Below, in pieces: positions 55,593 through 64,000 of a stretch of 64,000 nucleotides of DNA. The DNA lies in the NCBI GenBank assembly GCA_951406725.2, contig OX597822.1:10974001-11038000 (forward strand). Direction: 5' to 3'. A model generated the notes under the pieces. It did not search any database and was not told the DNA's origin. It was given only the letters and a program-made list of their open reading frames with translations. This stretch comes from Octopus vulgaris. Taxonomy: Eukaryota. How positions within the stretch are numbered: the first letter of the stretch is position 1; each line of letters starts with the position of its first letter. The translations under genes were made by a program, and so were the position numbers.

Positions 55593-56348
55593 CATACATA
55601 CATACATACATACATACATACATACATACATACATACATACATACATACATACATACATACATACATACATACATACATACATACATACATACATACATA
55701 CATACATACATACATACATACATACATACATACATACATACATACATACATACATACATACATACATACATACATACATACATACATACATACATACATA
55801 CATACATACATACATACATACATACATACATACATACATACATACATACATACATACATACATACATACATACATACATACATACATACATACATACATA
55901 CATACATACATACATACATACATACATACATACATACATACATACATACATACATACATACATACATACATACATACATACATACATACATACATACATA
56001 CATACATACATACATACATACATACATACATACATACATACATACATACATACATACATACATACATACATACATACATACATACATACATACATACATA
56101 CATACATACATACATACATACATACATACATACATACATACATACATACATACATACATACATACATACATACATGCATACATACATACATACATACATA
56201 CATACATACATACATACATACATACATACATACATACATAAATACATACATACATACATACATACATACATACATACATACATACATACATACATACATA
56301 CATACATACATACATACAAATACATACATACATACATACATACATACA

Positions 56349-56380
<32 letters not shown>

Positions 56381-57464
56381 CATACATACATACATACATA
56401 CATACATACATACATACATACATACATACATACATACATACATACATACATACATACATACATACATACATACATACATACATACATACATACATACATA
56501 CATACATACATACATACATACATACATACATACATACATACATACATACATACATACATACATACATACATACATACATACATACATACATACATACATA
56601 CATACATACATACATACATACATACATACATACCGACATACATACATACATACATACATACATACATACATACATACATACATACATACATACATACATA
56701 CATACATACATACATACATACATACATACATACATACATACATACATACATACATACATACATACATACATACATACATACATACATACATACATACATA
56801 CATACATACATACATACATACATACATACATACATACATACATACATACATACATACATACATACATACATACATACATACATACATACATACATACATA
56901 CATACATACATACATACATACATACATACATACATACATACATACATACATACATACATACATACATACATACATACATACATACATACATACATACATA
57001 CATACATACATACATACATACATACATACATACATACATACATACATACATACATACATACATACATACATACATACATACATACATACATACATACATA
57101 CATACATACATACATACATACATACATACATACATACATACATACATACATACATACATACATACATACATACATACATACATACATACATACATACATA
57201 CATACATACATACATACATACATAATACATACATACATACATGCATCACATATACATACATATATACGTACGTACACATATACATACATACATACATACA
57301 TACCGACATACATACATACATACATACATACATACATACATACATACATACATACATACATACATACATACATACATACATACATACATACATACATACA
57401 TACATACATACATACATACATACATACATACATACATACATACATACATACATACATACATACA

Positions 57465-57498
<34 letters not shown>

Positions 57499-57576
57499 CG
57501 TACGTACATTCAAACGTTCATACACACACAGGCACGTACACACGTACAAACGCATATACATACATACATACATACA

Positions 57577-57610
<34 letters not shown>

Positions 57611-57800
57611 CATACATACATACATATACATACATACATACATACATACATACATACATACATACATACATACATGCATACATACATACATACATACATA
57701 CATACATACATACATACATTCGTATGTACGCTCATTCAAACGTTCATACACACACAGGCACGTACACACGTACAAACGCATATACATACATACATATACA
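54970..57800. repeat. ~2.8 kb (CATA)n tetranucleotide array
   Basis: Directly visible; source of the 668-989 aa IHTY/MYVC ORFs. Confidence 0.98.
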
Positions 57801-57984
57801 GGGAGAGAGAAGAATGAGAGGGAGAGAAAGAAAGAGAGAGAGAGAGGAGAGGAGAGAGACAGAGACACAAACAGAAACACACAGAATATTTGATTCCTGT
57901 ATATCACTACTACTTTACTAATTTGACTCTGGCTGGCTAAAAAGTGAAGTTGACTTTGGTGGGATTTGAACCTAAAGTAAACAG

Positions 57985-58207
57985 TGCAGAAACGTTAAGC
58001 ACGCCGAGCGAAATGCTTAGTGGTATTCCGTCTGCCGTTACGTTCTGAGTTCAAAATTCCGCCGTGGTCGACTTTGCCTTTCATCCTTTCGGTGTCGATT
58101 AAATAAGTACTAGTTACGCACTGGGGTCGATATAATCGACTTAATCCGTTTGTCTGTCCTTGTTTGTCCTCTCTGTGTTTAGCCCCTTGTGAGTAGTAAA
58201 GAAATAG
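57985..58207 (+). mobile_element. SINE family B, long-tail monomer
   Basis: Core plus tail ..AGCCCCTTGTGAGTAGTAAAGAAATA|GATATT. Confidence 0.87.
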
Positions 58208-59340
58208 ATATTCTAGTACGTCCTGACTATCTTGTCAATTCCTCAGTATTTACTAGTACTTATTCAATTCGGTATATTACTCGTATATTACTAGTACTTA
58301 TTCAATTCAGTAAGGAAACCGCTGTGAAGTTACCGCACCTACTAGAAATAGCAGCGAAATCTTCCTCGAATCATAAAGTATCACTTTGGAAATATAAAAA
58401 AGAGCACCTTCAACCATCTATCTGAGTGACACTGTCTTGTAAAAATTGATGGTAAGGTCACGGCTGGATTGCATTTGGTTATAGATCTGCTGGGTCTAGA
58501 CAAAACAACATTTGTGACCGTGTGTATTGTGCAAAGTTGATATCAAGCTGCAAAGTGGAGCGGTGTTTGGGGAAGTGTAACAACAAGCGAACAGACTTAC
58601 GTCCCTTTCATACTTCCGAACCATGGGCCTTTCCTAAGTCACTTTCATCTCAGAGGAGATGACAAAATAAAATATAAAATAAGCAGTAAATTTTGTTGTT
58701 TAACATCCTATAATATCAGACATAGAGTATCAGACACAGAGTATCAGACACGGAGTATCAGCGAGTACATTTATCCAGTATGACGGTTGTTTTTTTAAAA
58801 AAAAAAAAAATAACAAGATAATGGAAATTTGGGGGAGATTTGGTTCGTTTTTCTAGCATGATGAACGACCTCAATAAAGGATCTCTTGCTGGCTTACTGT
58901 CTACAAATTGAGAAAAATGCATATATTTTTTGATCCTGTATATTTTATCAACCCTAGTGGCATAAAAAAAACAAAGTCGGCCCCAGCGAGATTTGAACTT
59001 ATAATATAGCGAAGTGTATCACAAAGGCGTTTTCTTACTTATCTATTTATTTCGGTATCTCGACCGTTTCCTCCGTTCCATTCACTGCTTAACCACTTGT
59101 AATTATATCGTAAGCGTATTTATTATATTGGACATAGCGAAACACATGCTTTCACACGTATGTCGAAGAATCGTAATCAGCCGCACAGTTCCGTTAGCAA
59201 ATCCTCGTAGCCAAGGCAACATCTTTGTATGAAACATATCTGCATTTGATGCACAGTTGTAAATCATATCAGTGACCTATCGATTAATCGATCATGCAAT
59301 ATAGCCAGCAATGGCTCATCGGTATTTTAATAACAATACC

Positions 59341-59383
<43 letters not shown>

Positions 59384-60547
59384 GTGATGATGATGATGAT
59401 GATAATAATAATAATAATAATAATCATAATCGAATAGAACGCTTTCGACGCAATCCGCTGCTGTTTTCTTTTCTTGTCTTTCATCTTGTTGTACTTAACG
59501 AAAGACTTATCAAGCGACAAAGGCCTCTCCACTCAAACGAAGTCTAATTTTATGGCGCAATTTATTCGTCAGTGTCAAGAACCCCAGAGTTTATCGGCGT
59601 CCGTCACTTCACTGAACAAAGCTTAAAAGCTTCCATCTGCCCAGAGCCATTAGTAAATTATTTCACGAGCGGAAATCTCATATCTTCTCGCGAGATTGTA
59701 ATGTTTCAGATTTTCCTTTCTTTTCTTTTTGTTTGTTACACTTTCTTTGTTTCTGTCTTCCTCTCGTTGTGTTTGTTTATTTTATTTCTTTCGAGTTAGG
59801 TTACTTTGTTTCGTTTTGTTTCGTTTTTGTTTGTTTTTTCCTTGTATTTTTTTCCTTGCATAATTTTTACATCTTTTTCGCATGTTCTTGTTCTTGATAG
59901 TGTGATTGCTGACATTGTCTGTAGAAAAGCGAAAAAAACAACGCACTAAAAGTCCAGTATAAATGCGACATATAATTTAGTTGCATGTCTCCACGTTCTA
60001 AGTTCAATTCCCACCTTTGCGTTTCATCCATTCTAAATCAAACAAACGCGGGAGCATTCGGCCTTCTAATTATCCTAATATTGCAACTTAGAATTATTTT
60101 ATCGACCCAGGATAAATGAATTGAAAGATTTAAATTTGTATATAGAAGAATGACGCAAAATATTCAAACGCATTTAGTCTTGTACCCCATTCGTTATTTA
60201 TTTTTACCGTATCTGCTACCCTGTCAACGTGTCATTTTTATCTTCCGTTCTCAACTAATTTCTCCACGTTTCTCCCAAAAAGTGATTTAGCTTTAATTTA
60301 TTAGATCCCAAGTTGTGACTTTATATCTAGCTAATGGCATAGCGTTGTGTCTGAAGTCAAGATGCATAACTCTACCAACCCCTATACGATTAGGATAAAA
60401 ATAACTATATCAACTATTTTTACCATAATGACATACCAACTATATAGTAGAGCCACGATATATATTGGGTTTTTAACAATAAATCTATCGAAGTGATTTT
60501 ATTTCAGCCAATTCCACAGCTCCATGCCTCCCAACGGTGTGTATACA

Positions 60548-60940
60548 TCTTTATATATAAAAGTGAAGTTGTGTGTCTGTCTCCTACGATTTAGATTCCT
60601 AACTACTCCCACATTTTGCGGTGCAGTTTAACCAAAACCGGGTATCTTATAGTCGTGATTCATATCGAGCCCTTCTGGGTATTAGCGCGCGTCTATGATG
60701 AATCTACGATTTAAAAAAAAGATTACCATTATTTTTTCCCATTTTTAATGCATTTTTTTGCTATTATATAAGGAAGTAACTCTCTAAAAAAGTATTATTA
60801 AATCTCAGAACGTAAAAAGCTACAGTAACACCCCCTTTGTGGTTAGCCATATTGAGATGGCTATTATACTTTACATCTCTAAAAATGCTTATATAGTTAT
60901 TTCCCTTACAAACCCGAGCAACGCCGGGCGATACTGCTAG
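60548..60940 (+). mobile_element. Non-autonomous Helitron, family H1 variant
   Basis: A|TCTTTATATATAAAAG...CCCGAGCAACGCCGGG..CTAG|T. Confidence 0.92.
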
Positions 60941-61002
60941 TTTGGTATAAAACACAACTGGCAAATCCGTAAGTAGATTTCCCAGTTAGTAAATACAAAG
61001 GT

Positions 61003-61320
61003 TCATCTATCAGCATATTCTTTTATATTCAAGGCACAAGGTCCGAAATTTTGGGGGGAGGGGTCAGTCGATTAGATCGACACCAGTACGCAACTGGTAA
61101 TTAATTTATCGACCCCGAAAGGATAAAAGGCAAAGTCGAACTCGGCGGAATTCAATGTATCAGCATATTCTATTCTACTCTAAGCACAAGGCGCGAAATT
61201 TGGCGTAGAATGGGCCAGTCGATTAGATGGACACCAGTACGCAACTGGTATTTAATTTATCGACCCCGAAAGGACGAAAGGTGAAGTCGACCTCGGCGGA
61301 ATTCAATCTATCAGCATATT
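61003..61320 (-). mobile_element. Tandem pair of identically 5'-truncated SINE family B copies
   Basis: Three copies of TATCAGCATATT separate two ~150 bp units. Confidence 0.82.
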
Positions 61321-61649
61321 GCTTCATATTTTGTCAAGCACTGTCTATAAACCGAGTTACACAAGCTTGAAATGGAATAGTAGCAGTTGGAAGTGATTGA
61401 AATAGCTGTCTACACAGCATCAGGAAAGACTATAGTGGAAAACACCATTGAAAAGAATAGGAATAAATAGGTAGAAATGAAAACATGGTTCTTTGATAAG
61501 TTGAACACTTATAACGCCAATGAAAACAAGTTCGGGTTCAGGTATATATCAAAGTTGCTTCCAGAACAACAGACAAGAGCCATTTGATTGTGACCCTCTT
61601 AATATGATGTAAAATGTGTGCGCGTGTATACATGTATATATATATATAT

Positions 61650-61955
61650 AACGGTAAGCTTTATGAAAATAGACAAAAGACGAAGGCAGGTTTACGGAAA
61701 TAAACAAAAGACGAAGGCAGGTGGAATACAAACAAACAATTGTATTAGTATGGCGCTCAGAAAATATAAATGAAACAAGTCTTTAACGTTTTGAGCCTAC
61801 GCTCTTCAACAGAAAGATACACAGAAAAAAAAAAACAGAAAGAAGGAGAGAAAAAAAATATGCGTGCAGAAGCTAGCGAATCAACACGGCGATCTGATTT
61901 CGGCCAGAAGTCAAAGATCAAACATGAGACGCAAGAGCGAAATTAGGGGAGATAA
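61650..61955 (-). mobile_element. Family P1 Penelope-like repeat between (TA)n tracts
   Basis: Reverse complement of ~34105-34382, with a small tail duplication (CAAAAGACGAAGGCAGGT twice). Confidence 0.75.
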
Positions 61956-62079
61956 TATATATGTATATATATATATATATGAAAGATAGGTGACAAAGGC
62001 ATAAATGGTTATCTAATGAATTTTATTAGCTTACAGCTGTTTCTGTTATTCGATGCAGTGCGCTCATAGTTGAAAATGT

Positions 62080-62292
<213 letters not shown>

Positions 62293-62642
62293 TCTATGAA
62301 TGAATATATGTGCGTGGATGTATATATATATATCATTATATGTGTGTGGTGGAGATGTAAAGTAATAATTTTGTTAAGCCAAAACAAACTGAGAAAAAGG
62401 AGAGAAAAGAAAGAAAATAGTTTACACTTGTAATCAAAAGATACCAAATGGACTCCATGCTACATTTTCTGCTGACAAAGTGGTTATTAACCCTAGAATA
62501 CCAAAGTCAGTGTATATAATACGCTATGTGTCTTTGGATGTATACGTTTTGTGAGTAAGCTTCTAGCATTTGAATCTGTTTAATTTGTCAACCTTTCTAA
62601 GATTTTCTTTCTAAATCATTCGACACAAATTTGAATCCTTCT

Positions 62643-63051
62643 GTTTTACTCTTTTACTTGTTTCAGTCATTTGACTGCGGCTATGCTGGAGCACCGCCTT
62701 TAGTCGAGCAAATCGACTCCGGGACTTATTCTTTGTAAGCCCAGTACTTATTCTATCGGTCTCTTTTGCCGAACCGCTTGGTGACGGGGACGTAAAGACA
62801 CCAGCATCGGTTGTCAAGCAATGCTAGGGGGACAAACACAGACACACAAACACACACACATACACATATATATATATATACATATACACGACAGGCTTCT
62901 TTCAGTTTCCGTCTACCAAATCCACTCACAAGGCATTGGTCGGCCCGGGGCTATAGTAGAAGACACTTGCCCAAGATGCCACGCAGTGGGACTGAACCCG
63001 GAACCATGTGGTTGGTAAGCAAGCTACTTACCCCACAGCCACTCCTGCGCC
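62643..63051 (-). mobile_element. SINE family A, young subfamily
   Basis: Full length; shares diagnostics CAATGCTAGGGGG, AAGGCATTGG and CCCAAGATGCC with copies at 8665, 38325 and 39303. Confidence 0.92.
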
Positions 63052-63622
63052 TGTTTATCTTCTGTTTATCTTTTGCATTTGCCTCGTACTGCTTAAGGAA
63101 ATGCTTTGAAGTTTCCTAAATCCTCCAACAGTGTTTCTACTTTCTGACTGCAACAGTGTCCATGTTTAGTTGCTCCGTTTGTCTTTTGGATTTGAAAGTC
63201 CATTCTGCTTTCTTAATACTTGACTATTGTTTTCATATTCATAAATTTTCACGATTCGCTGTGCATCGCAACATTTATGTGAAATTTCTTCATCCTAATT
63301 GCAGCCTGAACAGTTCTTTTGGGGTAGAGCTGCTGCCACACTATCGAACATTGACACTTAAGTCTGATTTGATTTTATCCACCAAGACCAATAAACATAT
63401 TTCTCTCCAAATTTTCAAACAAGTACCAGTTGGGTACAGAAGTCGATGTTAAAGACTTACGCCATCTCCCGAAATTGCTGGTTTTGTGACAAAATTTGAA
63501 ATCAATATGAATTCTGTTTTCACTCGTTTAATACGCATTGTATGGGCTTTTAAACAGGTTTCACGGTAAATATCACATAATGCTTTACTCAAACTACCCC
63601 ATGTTATGTATATATATGTATG

Positions 63623-63695
<73 letters not shown>

Positions 63696-63784
63696 ATGTG
63701 TGTATGTATCTATATGTAGATAGCTGTGAGTGTGAGTACATGTGTGTTTGTGTGTGTGTGTGTATGCGTTTGTATGTGTGTGTT

Positions 63785-63840
<56 letters not shown>

Positions 63841-64000
63841 CGTTTGTGTGTGTAAGGTACGTGACAAAGTGGCTAGGATGTTACACACACGATCACTAGA
63901 CCATGGGTTAGATTCTCAGCCCGGCCCAGCCTGGACGGAGCGTTGCATTCTTATGCAAAACACTTCATTTCACATTGCCCTGCGGGTGGGAGAGAGGCAA

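Noticed and set aside
54848-57893. 668-989 aa ORFs (IHTY/MYVC repeats)
   Set aside because: Read-through of (CATA)n, which has no stop codons; open on both strands.
58595-58640. Possible 33-nt minus-strand micro-exon ending at GTAAGT
   Set aside because: Acceptor lacks a pyrimidine tract and no partner exons are identifiable.

Overview
This is AT-rich, repeat-saturated eukaryotic DNA. The SINE sequences and the density of (TA)n/(CA)n/(CATA)n/(TAA)n microsatellites look like an Octopus (coleoid cephalopod) genome; that is my recognition, not a database result. I find no supportable host protein-coding gene, rRNA, bona fide tRNA gene or CRISPR array. Almost every ORF in the track is a read-through of a microsatellite or SINE. 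The window contains: at least four tRNA-headed SINE families (my labels A-D), decayed R4/Dong-type (RLE) LINE fragments, Tx1/L1-like and RTE-like 3' ends, five non-autonomous Helitrons, Tc1/mariner and hAT MITEs, a decayed DD37D (maT) transposase, Penelope-like terminal repeats carrying degenerate minimal hammerhead motifs, and a ~2.8 kb (CATA)n array. The most interesting signals are four. (1) A SINE-B variant with a Tx1-like tail repeatedly joins GGTA(A/T)T, a motif in its own head, and builds head-to-tail multimers. (2) Several hammerhead-like motifs have palindromic helix III. (3) An ORF-less, tRNA-less element sits in (TAA)n tracts next to Dong LINEs. (4) An ~80 bp island holds five K50-homeodomain sites, a P3 palindrome and two GATA sites. 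Coordinates were read by eye and may be off by a few bases. None of this demonstrates a wholly new biological system.
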